Source of the DNA: Breznakia sp.
GTDB lineage: Bacteria; Bacillota_I; Bacilli_A; Erysipelotrichales; Erysipelotrichaceae
DNA length: 64,000 nucleotides
NCBI GenBank assembly: GCA_047973225.1
Contig: JBKEBQ010000023.1
Span: 1-64,000 of the forward strand
Direction of reading: 5' to 3'
Part shown: one piece after another, positions 32,004 to 41,425 of the stretch
How positions within the stretch are numbered: the stretch's first letter is position 1
How the letters are laid out: every line of letters starts with the position of its first letter
The notes under the pieces: generated by a model
Told to the model about the DNA's origin: nothing
Databases searched by the model: none
The model's input: the letters and a program-made list of their open reading frames with translations, nothing else
Made by a program: the position numbers and the translations under genes

Positions 32004-32381
32004 TCAAATCTTCTTTGCATTGCATAGGGCACAGTGTCCATAAATTGTAATATCATGATGGGTTGCTTGAAAATCATCTTGCAAGCGCACATCTTGTATG
32101 AAATCGTCAAAATAACATTTGATTTTAAAGCGTCGATAACAAGAAACACAAATCATATCATGATGATGCTGTTTCTTCTGTAAACAATAATATGCTGTAT
32201 GTTCAAGAATGCGTTTATGCAACAAACCTTCCCGCGTAAAAATTTCTAGGGTTCGATAAATGGTTGATAAGTCAATTTTCTGTTTTCGTAATTTTTGATA
32301 AATAGTTTCTGCACTCCATAAATTATCATCCTCTTCTTGAAACAATTGTAAAATTTGTTTACGATGTTTGGTTAATCTCAT
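32004..32381 (-). CDS. zur: Fur-family metalloregulator, probable Zur
   Basis: 125 aa Fur fold with HHH…CxxC…CxxC. It sits directly upstream of znuBCA and is translationally coupled to it. Confidence 0.65.
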   Translation of the reverse strand: MRLTKHRKQILQLFQEEDDNLWSAETIYQKLRKQKIDLSTIYRTLEIFTREGLLHKRILEHTAYYCLQKKQHHHDMICVSCYRRFKIKCYFDDFIQDVRLQDDFQATHHDITIYGHCALCNAKKI

Positions 32382-33193
32382 ATCACCTTTTTTCCCTTAA
32401 CAACTTTTACAAGATATGCAACAAGCAATCCCAATGTAAACACGACCACAATACTAGAGCCGGTTGGATATCCTAAATAGTAAGCTACCACCATCCCGAA
32501 AAAGACACTCAGCATCGATACAACAATCCCAAAAATAAGTACGCGCTTAAAGCTAACGCATACCAGTGATGCTATCAGTGCTGGAAAAACCATGAAAGCA
32601 GAAATTAACAACGTTCCTACACTGCGCACACCTATCACGACAAAAAGTGCACTAATTGCACTCAAACTATAGCGCAATAGCATTGTATGTACTTTTGAAA
32701 ATGTTGCATAGTCAAAATCAAAGGTCATAGATAAAAGTGAGCGATACTGAAAATATACAAATAGTATTGTAAAACCAAGTAACAGAAGTACATATACAAT
32801 ATCCGTATAGCTAACGCTTAGAATACTTCCCACCAATAAGGATTCTATTGAACGATTGAAACCGCTAGATACAGTAGCAATAATCAAACCAATTGCCAAG
32901 GAAAAAGAAGCTACGACACTAATTGCAGCATCATTATTTATCTTCACCTTATCACTCAAAGCCGTAATTGCAAAAGAAGCAACAACAACAAATGGAATTG
33001 CAAAATATAGAGGTTGTTCACTACATAAAAAACCTACAATCATGCCTGTAAAGGCAACATGGGACAATCCATCCGCAATCATCGCTTGGTTACTCAAAAC
33101 CAAAAAGGGACTCAACAATGCTGCTGTAATAGCAAGTGCCATTCCCAAGATCAAAGCATTCATCATAAAAGTTTCTTGAAAGATACTAAACAT
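32378..33193 (-). CDS. znuB: Metal (Zn/Mn) ABC transporter permease
   Basis: 271 aa polytopic ABC-3 family membrane protein. Confidence 0.75.
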   Translation of the reverse strand: MFSIFQETFMMNALILGMALAITAALLSPFLVLSNQAMIADGLSHVAFTGMIVGFLCSEQPLYFAIPFVVVASFAITALSDKVKINNDAAISVVASFSLAIGLIIATVSSGFNRSIESLLVGSILSVSYTDIVYVLLLLGFTILFVYFQYRSLLSMTFDFDYATFSKVHTMLLRYSLSAISALFVVIGVRSVGTLLISAFMVFPALIASLVCVSFKRVLIFGIVVSMLSVFFGMVVAYYLGYPTGSSIVVVFTLGLLVAYLVKVVKGKKVI

Positions 33194-33917
33194 GTCTATC
33201 TCCTTCCTTGATGAAATCTTGATACGCTTCTATTGTCCCGTAAAATCTTATTTCTTGATCCACATACATCACTTTTTTTTGTTTTTGATGAAGATTATCT
33301 AAATCATGTGTTACATAAATAATCGTTGTTCCTTGTTTATGTAATGTATCAATATAAACATTAAAAACTTCACGAAACTTTGGATCTAGGGCGCTTGTTG
33401 GCTCATCCAAAATTAATATTTCAGGTTCGCAAATCAGTGCTCGTATCAAAAACACGCGCTGTTGTTGTCCTCCCGATAGCACCCCTATCGGCTTATGGAC
33501 CAATTGTTCTATCCCCATCTTTTTTAACCATTTGCGAATTTGTCTTTTAATGTCCTTTGAAATCACAAATTGCTGTTTTCTGAAACCACTATAAATGACT
33601 TCTTCTACGGTAATTGGAAAGACTGTTTTTCCCATCAACTTTTGCGGTAAATAACCAATATGGTTACTCTTAGTTTCATACGCTCCATAAGTTTGCTTTT
33701 GTAAGCCACAAAGTAGACGAACCAAAGTCGTTTTCCCACTGCCATTAGGTCCCAATAAATATACATAATCCCCCTGCTGGATGCTAAAGGAAAGATCTTT
33801 CAATGCTAGATATCCATCAAAACTCACACTAATGTCTTGCACATTAATGATCCAAGGCTTGTTTGATGTTGGTAATGTTTGCTTGCAATATATCGGCATA
33901 TCGAATTCCTTTCTCAT
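33186..33917 (-). CDS. znuC: Metal ABC transporter ATP-binding protein (start probably downstream of the ORF-track ATG, e.g. at GTG ~33842 just after the znuA stop)
   Basis: GPNGSGKTT and LSGGQQQRVFLIRAL motifs. The ORF-track start overlaps znuA by 74 nt, so a later start is likely. Confidence 0.8.
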   Translation of the reverse strand: MRKEFDMPIYCKQTLPTSNKPWIINVQDISVSFDGYLALKDLSFSIQQGDYVYLLGPNGSGKTTLVRLLCGLQKQTYGAYETKSNHIGYLPQKLMGKTVFPITVEEVIYSGFRKQQFVISKDIKRQIRKWLKKMGIEQLVHKPIGVLSGGQQQRVFLIRALICEPEILILDEPTSALDPKFREVFNVYIDTLHKQGTTIIYVTHDLDNLHQKQKKVMYVDQEIRFYGTIEAYQDFIKEGDRHV

Positions 33918-34767
33918 TTTGTTCTTTGGAAATGTTATGATAGCTGTGCAATTCCATAATTTCTAGTGTGTAATCTTCCTCTTGTAATGCGGCTTGTATT
34001 TGTTTGGCTACTCTTGGTTCTTGTAACTCTTCCACAAACAAATAGTGAATGTCCTGTTGTTCAATTTCATCTTTCATCGTTTTTATTTGTTGCGCAGTGA
34101 TATCGGCATCAGGACGGTATTCATCATCAAAAGCTTTGATCCTTATATGATAGCGATTTGCAAATGCTTCCATTGCATTATGCGCTGCATAATAAATGCT
34201 AGGATGATCTTGCTTTTTTATATATGCAGCAAAGCGCGTATGTAACATTTTTATTTCTTCACAATATGCAGTTGCATTTTGTTCATAATATGTTTGATTA
34301 TCTGGATCTAGTTCAACGAATTGATCCTTCGTTTTTTCAATTAATTGGATGTACGTTGTAGGATCACTCCAAAAATGCAAACTAGCGTGATCATGTTCCT
34401 CTGCATTTCGTTCTCCAAATTCATGTTTATGTTTTTTTAAGCTATAACTCTTTGATAAATTTATCCCAGTGTTATACTTTGAAATATTTTTCAACCACGG
34501 CTCCAACGTTTCACTCAAATAGATAAAAAGATCTGCTTCTTTTATATTTATGATATCTTTGGCGCTGGGTTCAAAGTTGTGCAACTCGCTTCCTAAAGGC
34601 AAAACATTAATAACATTTGCCTTATCTTTGCTAATTTGAACTGCTATATCATACCCAATAAAGGAGGTGGTAACAACCGATAGTTTTCCATCTTTTGTTT
34701 CAACCGTATGCTGAGTGGAACATCCCACAAGCATACATACGATTAAAGTAATCATTATTTTCTTCAT
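33844..34767 (-). CDS. znuA: Metal ABC transporter substrate-binding lipoprotein (ZnuA/AdcA-like) with His-rich loop
   Basis: Lipobox LVGC, cluster-9 SBP fold and a His/acid-rich insert HKHEFGERNAEEHDHASLH. Confidence 0.75.
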   Translation of the reverse strand: MKKIMITLIVCMLVGCSTQHTVETKDGKLSVVTTSFIGYDIAVQISKDKANVINVLPLGSELHNFEPSAKDIINIKEADLFIYLSETLEPWLKNISKYNTGINLSKSYSLKKHKHEFGERNAEEHDHASLHFWSDPTTYIQLIEKTKDQFVELDPDNQTYYEQNATAYCEEIKMLHTRFAAYIKKQDHPSIYYAAHNAMEAFANRYHIRIKAFDDEYRPDADITAQQIKTMKDEIEQQDIHYLFVEELQEPRVAKQIQAALQEEDYTLEIMELHSYHNISKEQNEKGIRYADILQANITNIKQALDH

Positions 34768-34782
34768 TTATAACCCTCTTTT

Positions 34783-34799
34783 TTGCAAATGATTTGCAA
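34783..34799. promoter_or_regulatory. Candidate Zur/Fur-family operator (perfect 8-1-8 palindrome TTGCAAAT-G-ATTTGCAA) in the znuA promoter
   Basis: The palindrome lies 16-32 nt upstream of the znuA ATG, between the cshA terminator and the znuA RBS (AAGAGGG). Confidence 0.45.
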
Positions 34800-34802
34800 A
34801 AA

Positions 34803-34829
34803 AAGGATACCATAAATTCTAGTATCCTT
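34803..34829 (-). terminator. Rho-independent terminator of the DEAD-box helicase gene
   Basis: Minus-strand hairpin AAGGATAC-N11-GTATCCTT followed by TTTTTTT. Confidence 0.5.
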
Positions 34830-34868
34830 AAAGGAAAACGCTATAAAAGATAAATTTTTCGTATTTTT

Positions 34869-36305
34869 TTACATTTCATTTTTATTGCGTATCTCTACCT
34901 TGCGTATCTTAGCTTTGATCGGATGCGTTTGCAACTGCATCCATACCATATTTCCTTTGTGATTTAAAATTTCAACAAAACTATAATGTTCCAAAATTTC
35001 AATAATCCCAATATCCTGCATCACCACATCTGCCAAAGCACAAATACTGCCAACAACATCCCCTGCTCGTAATTTATCCTTTTTTCCTGCTTGAATGTAT
35101 AGCGTTGTAATTTCTTCTTCAAATACTTGTTGTTTAGCCTCTGCATGCAAGACATCAACATCCCGCGATAAAAAAGCTTGTATTTCGCCCATTTCTCCCC
35201 TTATATCCCTTTGTTGCACTTGCGTAAACAGGTATTTGGATTCTTGTTTAAAGCGTTTTAATAAAGGATATTCTGCTTCACTAACCAGTAAGCACGTTGT
35301 TCCTTCATTACCCTGTCTTGCCGTTCTACCACTTCGATGAAGAAAGGTTTCGCTATGTAATGGAACTTCATAATGCATAACACAATCTAAATCATCAATA
35401 TCAATACCTCTAGCAATCACATTGGTCGCAATCATATAGGAAATCTCATGACGCTTAAACTTCTTTAGTAAGCTCGTTCTTGTTTTTTGGTCAAGATCTC
35501 CATGAAACATGGCAATATGTGGACTATAATGCTTTATTTGTGCATAAAGTGTCTCTACTTCTTTTTTTGTATTTAAAAAAATGAGTGCCTGTTTCATTTT
35601 TTTCGCACTCAAATAGTGCAACAAGCTTTCTTGTTTATTACTTGTTTGTATATATTCCACCGCGAGTTTCAAATCATGCATGCGTTTGTCGATAATTTGC
35701 GGATGCTCCATATATAATGCAAGCATCGCTTCGACTTTATCATTCAACGTCGCCGATAACATCATTGTTTGTTTTCGCTTTTCCACAAACACCAATAATT
35801 GTTCTATTTGCTTTTGAAATCCCAACTCCAATATCTCATCCGCTTCATCAAATACAAGAAATTCACAATTTTGTAAATCGATTGTTGCTTGTATAAGATG
35901 ATCCAATAATCTTCCTGGTGTTGCAACAAGTGCATGGACACGTTGTTTTAAACGTCTTCGTTGCGATTCCATACTACTTCCTCCAAAGATAGCCTCAATC
36001 TTTAAACGTTTAAAGCGGGCAATCGCAAACATTTCCTGTTGCACTTGTAATGCCAACTCTCTAGTAGGAACGATGACAACGCATTGAATTTTAGGGTTGT
36101 TCCAATCCAGCTTATCCAAAAGCGGAATTGCAAAACTAGCCGTCTTTCCACTTCCTGTGTTTGCCAACAAAAAAATATCCGCACCTTTTTGAATCATGGG
36201 AATACTTGCTTCTTGAATTGTTGTTGGATGTATATAGTTTAAATATGATAAAGCTTTTCGAATATCATCTTGCAAAGTATATATATCAAAAGTTATATCT
36301 TTCAT
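34869..36305 (-). CDS. DEAD-box ATP-dependent RNA helicase with C-terminal DbpA RNA-binding domain
   Basis: Q-motif, GSGKTA, DEAD, SAT, HGDLDQKTR and HRSGRTAR motifs, plus a DbpA-type C-terminal domain. The start was moved to the internal ATG (MKDITFD), which lies 8 nt downstream of a TATAAT. Confidence 0.8.
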   Translation of the reverse strand: MKDITFDIYTLQDDIRKALSYLNYIHPTTIQEASIPMIQKGADIFLLANTGSGKTASFAIPLLDKLDWNNPKIQCVVIVPTRELALQVQQEMFAIARFKRLKIEAIFGGSSMESQRRRLKQRVHALVATPGRLLDHLIQATIDLQNCEFLVFDEADEILELGFQKQIEQLLVFVEKRKQTMMLSATLNDKVEAMLALYMEHPQIIDKRMHDLKLAVEYIQTSNKQESLLHYLSAKKMKQALIFLNTKKEVETLYAQIKHYSPHIAMFHGDLDQKTRTSLLKKFKRHEISYMIATNVIARGIDIDDLDCVMHYEVPLHSETFLHRSGRTARQGNEGTTCLLVSEAEYPLLKRFKQESKYLFTQVQQRDIRGEMGEIQAFLSRDVDVLHAEAKQQVFEEEITTLYIQAGKKDKLRAGDVVGSICALADVVMQDIGIIEILEHYSFVEILNHKGNMVWMQLQTHPIKAKIRKVEIRNKNEM

Positions 36306-36382
36306 TTTTTTTATTATAGCAGTAAAATGAAGATGTTGACACACAAATATATTAAATAGTTAACAATGCGGAGGTTATCTTT

Positions 36383-37450
36383 ATGATTGTTGAGATTATT
36401 AATGTTGGTAGCGAACTTTTATTGGGAGAAATTGTGAATACCAATGCAACCTACATACAAAAAATGTGTAAAGAATTTGGCTTTCATGTGTATCATCAAA
36501 CGCTCGTTGGTGACAATGCAAAGCGTTTTCGAGAATGTTTGGACATCGCCTTTAAAAGAGGTGCAGACTGCGTGATTACCACTGGTGGTTTAGGACCCAC
36601 AAGCGATGATATTAGCAAAGAGGTTGCTGCAGAATATTTAGGTCTTCCCCTATATTATAATGAAGCAGAAGCAAAAAAGGTGGAAGAAAAGTGCAAATTT
36701 GTGAGTGGGTATGCTAAGATTAGCGAAAACAATTTCAAACAGGCCGCCTTCCCTAAAGACGCCTATATTTTAGAAAATGAAATTGGTACTGCCAATGCTT
36801 GCGTGATGCAGCATCACAATAAAATCATCATCAATCTACCAGGACCTCCAAAAGAGCTGCGCTATGTTATTGTGCACTCCCTAAAGCCTTATTTAAAACC
36901 CTTCAAAGAAGCTATTTTATATACTTTTTCATATACAACAATGGGTATTAGTGAAAGCAAAGTTGCATTTATTCTAGAAGATATTCTCGATGAGCAACAA
37001 GATGTAAGCGTTGCATTATATGCATCGGAAGAAACCGTTCGCATTCGCCTTGCCTGTATGGCAAACTCGCAAAATGAAGCAGATGTTAAAATGCAAGCTA
37101 CAAAGAAGCGTATTGAAGAACGCATTGATGACATATATATTGTGCATGAAAATATAAAAGATGCGCTGTATCATATGATGCCTCCTTACACAATCCACTA
37201 TCCCTCTTCATTTCGCTTGCCCGATTGGATTGTCTTTGGTAACAAAAAAACAAAACACGAAGAAGTTATGCAACTGGTCATTGACTGCAAACCACACAAA
37301 TTGGGTGAAATTATTGATGTTCAGGTTCATTATAAACAACAAGATTATCATTTCAATATTCCCCTACTCAAAAAAGCAGAGTTGTCGTATACCAAGCTAG
37401 AATCACGCATAATGCAACAGCTTTATATTTTTTTAAAACAAATCACATAA
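36383..37450 (+). CDS. CinA N-terminal-type molybdopterin-binding (MoCF_BD) domain protein lacking the C-terminal PncC deamidase domain
   Basis: Has the CinA-N signature …IINVGSELLLGEIVNTNA…TTGGLGPTSDDISKE…. The C-terminal 150 aa is unrelated to CinA_C. Confidence 0.6.
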   Translation: MIVEIINVGSELLLGEIVNTNATYIQKMCKEFGFHVYHQTLVGDNAKRFRECLDIAFKRGADCVITTGGLGPTSDDISKEVAAEYLGLPLYYNEAEAKKVEEKCKFVSGYAKISENNFKQAAFPKDAYILENEIGTANACVMQHHNKIIINLPGPPKELRYVIVHSLKPYLKPFKEAILYTFSYTTMGISESKVAFILEDILDEQQDVSVALYASEETVRIRLACMANSQNEADVKMQATKKRIEERIDDIYIVHENIKDALYHMMPPYTIHYPSSFRLPDWIVFGNKKTKHEEVMQLVIDCKPHKLGEIIDVQVHYKQQDYHFNIPLLKKAELSYTKLESRIMQQLYIFLKQIT

Positions 37451-37524
37451 GCTGATCCATGCTTTTTACCACCATAAATTCTATCATAAATAAAAAAAGT
37501 GCATGGCACTTTTTTTGTTCTTTA

Positions 37525-38373
37525 TTACTTTGATAACCTCCACATACCCAAAATTTGTTTTTGTAAAGTCTCAAAGGACCATGTCTTTTCAGTACGAATA
37601 TAAGAGTTTGGATCACGAATGATGAACTCTCCTGTTTCATTCACACCAACAATTAAAATAAAATGTCCTGCATTCGTGAAGTCCCCTGGACCAAGGCTTG
37701 CAACAATCAGACTTCCATTCTCTAAAGCTTTCAGCATCGATTCCTCATGCAGGTAAAGGGCACTGCTTCGCAGTCCCAATTGCGCAGCTCCCGCATCCAT
37801 TAAAGACCAAGAACTTCCTACATGATTGATGTAATATCCTTTATCCATACTCATTTGACTAACGCGGTAAGGTGTCATTTCGGTGTTGCCACTAAGATAT
37901 ATTGCCGCCATAGATAATACGGTTGGTCCACATCCTGTTAACCCGAACATTTCATTACCATACGTTGCATATCCCCAACGTCTATCCCACTGCATCAATA
38001 CCGCTACCTTACTGGTATCCAACTCTGATAAATCATTGTCTACTTCATCTGTTTTATATTTATACCCCTGCACGTATGAAATCGCATCTTCATTTCGTAA
38101 TGCCAATTCCTTTAATTCTTGAGGATATTCCTCATATTCATTTAACATCATAACCATTTTGGGATTTCCACTATATTTTTGTGCGAGTTGATTATATAGC
38201 GTATCTGCATCTTCTTTAAATAAATATTGCTTGTTCATTTGTAAGGCCACACGAACTTCATCCTTTTGTAACATATACTCAGTCCCTACAATAAACATCG
38301 TAATAACTAAAATAACAGCAATGACAATCATGAAAAATGTTTCATAATTTCTCTCTCTTTTTAGTCTTTGCAT
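37525..38373 (-). CDS. Membrane-anchored C39-like (Peptidase_C39_2) cysteine peptidase domain protein
   Basis: N-terminal TM helix, then a domain with a catalytic-like …GLTGCGPTVLSMAA… Cys and a distal His (NAGHFILIVG). Confidence 0.55.
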   Translation of the reverse strand: MQRLKRERNYETFFMIVIAVILVITMFIVGTEYMLQKDEVRVALQMNKQYLFKEDADTLYNQLAQKYSGNPKMVMMLNEYEEYPQELKELALRNEDAISYVQGYKYKTDEVDNDLSELDTSKVAVLMQWDRRWGYATYGNEMFGLTGCGPTVLSMAAIYLSGNTEMTPYRVSQMSMDKGYYINHVGSSWSLMDAGAAQLGLRSSALYLHEESMLKALENGSLIVASLGPGDFTNAGHFILIVGVNETGEFIIRDPNSYIRTEKTWSFETLQKQILGMWRLSK

Positions 38374-38725
38374 ACTTACTCCTCTTTCATATTCAAATCT
38401 TCTTCATGCTAGAAAAAATTATACCTGTTTCACTCTTTTTTATGAAGATTTTGTATCCTCTCATACATTGCTCCCCTCAAGACTTTGTATGCACATGAAA
38501 TATTATATATAGATTTCCTTAACATTTTACCATATATCCAATCACGCAAAAAGATAAAAGTACAAAATCTTCAGCATATTTTTCCATCAGATCCGCTTTA
38601 AAGTTTTATAAACAAAAAATGCATTCTGCGTTACGTTTGGTGCATTTTTTTGAAAATCATTTTATTCTTTCACCGTGTGTTAAGTTATCAAACTTTTTTT
38701 ATAACAATTTAATTACCCTGTCACA

Positions 38726-39330
38726 TCAATTTGCAAAGTCGATATCATGCGTTACAATAATCACCGTTTTCCTCGCTTTTTGCAATTTTCTTAACAATTC
38801 AAAAATTATGTATCCGTTATCTTTATCTAACGATCCTGTTGGCTCATCTACTAATATGATTTCACAAGGTTTCACTAATAAGCGTGCGATGGCTATTCTT
38901 TGTTGCTCCCCTCCACTTAGTTTAAATATTTTCTTTTTTAAATCCAAATCTTTTAACCCTACCAAATCTAGAATTTCTATATAGTTTTTTTCACTATATG
39001 TCCGTTGGGCATACTTTTTTGCAATATCAAGATTCTTTTTATTGACCAATTATCAATAAGCGCAAAATTTTGAAACAAAAAGCTAAAGGTCTGTTGATGC
39101 AACATTTGAATATGTTTTTAATCGGCTTTTATCTTTTCTCCATTTAAAAAATATTCACCAGCGTAGTCTAGACCCAATAAACCCATAATATTCAATAAGG
39201 TGGTCTTTCCACAACCGCTAGCTTCTATAATTGCTACTAATTCGTTTGCTTCGATAGATAAACAAAAGTTTTCTAAAACATTTTCGTTCGCGAATTTTTT
39301 GTTTATATTACTTAGTTTCATATATGCCAC
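38726..39330 (-). pseudogene. ABC transporter ATP-binding protein, disrupted (N-terminal 70-aa and C-terminal 107-aa fragments in different frames; degenerate Walker A ASGCGKTT)
   Basis: ORF 39118-39330 carries Walker A, and ORF 38726-39049 carries [15 protein letters not shown], Walker B (ILVDEPTGSLD) and the H-loop (VTHD). They are separated by a 68-nt gap and a frame change. Confidence 0.6.
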
Positions 39331-39378
39331 ATTACGCTCCCTTTACGATGAATACTATTTTCTTTTTTGATATTTTCT

Positions 39379-40053
39379 TTAACCACAAATAATTAAATAA
39401 CAGTTCAATAATAGATAGTACCAGGCAATCAACATCGTTAATGTTAATTGTTTCGAAAATAATCCTACTATAAACCCTGACATCATCGTACATCCCATTA
39501 AAATAGATAAATACGTTCCATAAATAGAAGCGATGGGATATCCTAACCATAGTTTTGTTGCTACAATTCGTTTGTTGTTTTCAATCATATTGATAGATAG
39601 AAATACCATAACTATCATATCTAAAACAAAAAAACTAATCGCAAGAAAATTATATGATGCTAATTCTTGCTTGGTATAATAAATTACATCATCTATTCGA
39701 CGATATACACTAGGTGTAGATGCAATCGTATCCATCACACCATATTCATTGAAAATAGCATTTAACTCAAGACTTCCTGCATCATAGTTCAACAAGAGCG
39801 CACCTGTACTACAGATCATTGCATATTTATCCGTTCCTTGATTGTAAGGTGTATACACTTCCACTATAGGATCGACAATATAATAAGGAGCTACCCCTTC
39901 TATTTGAATATCATTATATGTGAAATATTTTTGATTGTTTTTTACATAAATAAATGTAGTTGTTCTCTTCTCCTTTATTAACTTCGCATGCTTCTTTTCC
40001 AAATACAAATTCTGATCAAAATAACGTAGTTCTTCATATCCTTCTCTATACAT
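39379..40053 (-). pseudogene. C-terminal 3-TM portion of an FtsX-like ABC permease; upstream 5' part (to ~41001) decayed by stops/frameshifts
   Basis: 224-aa ORF with three C-terminal TM helices and an in-frame stop immediately upstream. Minus-strand translation of 40054-40450 gives permease-like fragments broken by stops. The 66-aa ORF 40801-41001 (N-terminal TM) could be the original N-terminus. Confidence 0.4.
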
Positions 40054-41425
40054 TTCTTCTAATGATTTTTTTCATCACGATACTTTTCTGGAACCAAAAC
40101 ATAATTCGTATTAGGATCCCTATCCTCAATTATAACTTTATTAGCCAAAATATCGTATATGAGATTTTTTTAAGATATTTATTGTTTACAACAGCCGTTT
40201 CTCTTTATATGTAACAACATTCTCATTAATTAAATCGGTATTTCCAGTACTTTTTAATGGGTAATAATTACTCATATTGAAGAGAATTGCATTTTTTCAT
40301 TAAATTTTTCATACACTTTCTAATATTTTCTACCAAGCAAAAACGTATCGGAAATGGCATTATCAATATTAGAAATACTTCTAGAAAGCAACTCTTCCGT
40401 TCTTTTCCAAGCATCTAAATTTTTTTTCATCATTAAATTGTCTATACTATAATAAATGTTAGTCAATGAAAAACAACAACGATCGTAAATACGATCTTCA
40501 CAAAATAACTAATGCATTGGATTTCTTTTAATGGTTCTTTATTCTTTATCATCAAGGGGATACTGACAAATTTTGTCAATTTGTCGGGGTGCTGATCTTT
40601 TGAACTTCCCTTTTTGAAAATGCATCAAAAAAAGAAAAGAAGAAATGAATACAATGGAGATAATCAACAGATGCATAATTTTTTTCATTTTCTTTTCTTC
40701 CTTTCCTCTTTATTTTACATCATAGTAAGCATAGTCAACACAAAACAATCTTCGTTTTGCTGTTGCCACTGCCCATTTTTTCTGGTATGTCCATCCAGAA
40801 TTAACATAGTAAGCTCCCTGAACCGAGGCACGATGCGTTTTCTTTGGGTGATAGTAATAGGAATAAACTGTTCCCACATAGCAGCCTCTTCCTAGAGTTG
40901 ATCATAATCCCATTTTCCCCGCTAACAGATACATAAGCAGATGTCATCACTATAATACCAAAAATAACTGCCATTGTTACTCCTTTTCTGATTTCTCTCA
41001 CGTCTTTTACCTCCTTCCACTATCCACTTCTATTGAACCTTTGAACGTAATAGTCTGTGTTTTGCAGTGCAATCAAATTTATTTGTATTTAAATAAATAA
41101 ATTATATATAAATTATATTTTTATTGTAAAAAAACAGTTTGTTAATACTTTTTGTTTCTAAAAATAAATTCCTATATTGCCAAATTAAAGTAGAACTATA
41201 AAAGAATACATATGCACCATTTTTTTAGCTGAAGGATATAAAAAAATGCAGTGATAGTTATTATTATCGCCAGAACAACGGATGGAAACAAGCAAAACAA
41301 TGAAAATAGCCAGCTTTTTTCTGCACATAAAAAAAGAGAAAATCGCACATTACCTTTTGCTGCGAATATTCTCTCTTTTATCAGCACATAAATTATAGTA
41401 GCTGAAGGATATAGCTTTGTTTATA

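Noticed and set aside
33844-33917. 74-nt same-strand overlap of znuA and znuC taken at face value
   Set aside because: An overlap this long is unlikely. A GTG immediately after the znuA stop gives a normal-length ZnuC, so it is interpreted as start-codon mis-assignment, not a real overlap or frameshift.
38619-38984. 121-aa plus-strand ORF
   Set aside because: Antisense to the ABC ATPase pseudogene fragment. Low-complexity translation.
40614-40895. 93-aa plus-strand ORF (MKMHQKKKRR…CCCHCPFF…)
   Set aside because: Lies in the decayed permease region. Composition-driven, with no SD. It is more likely antisense to the minus-strand remnants discussed in the findings.
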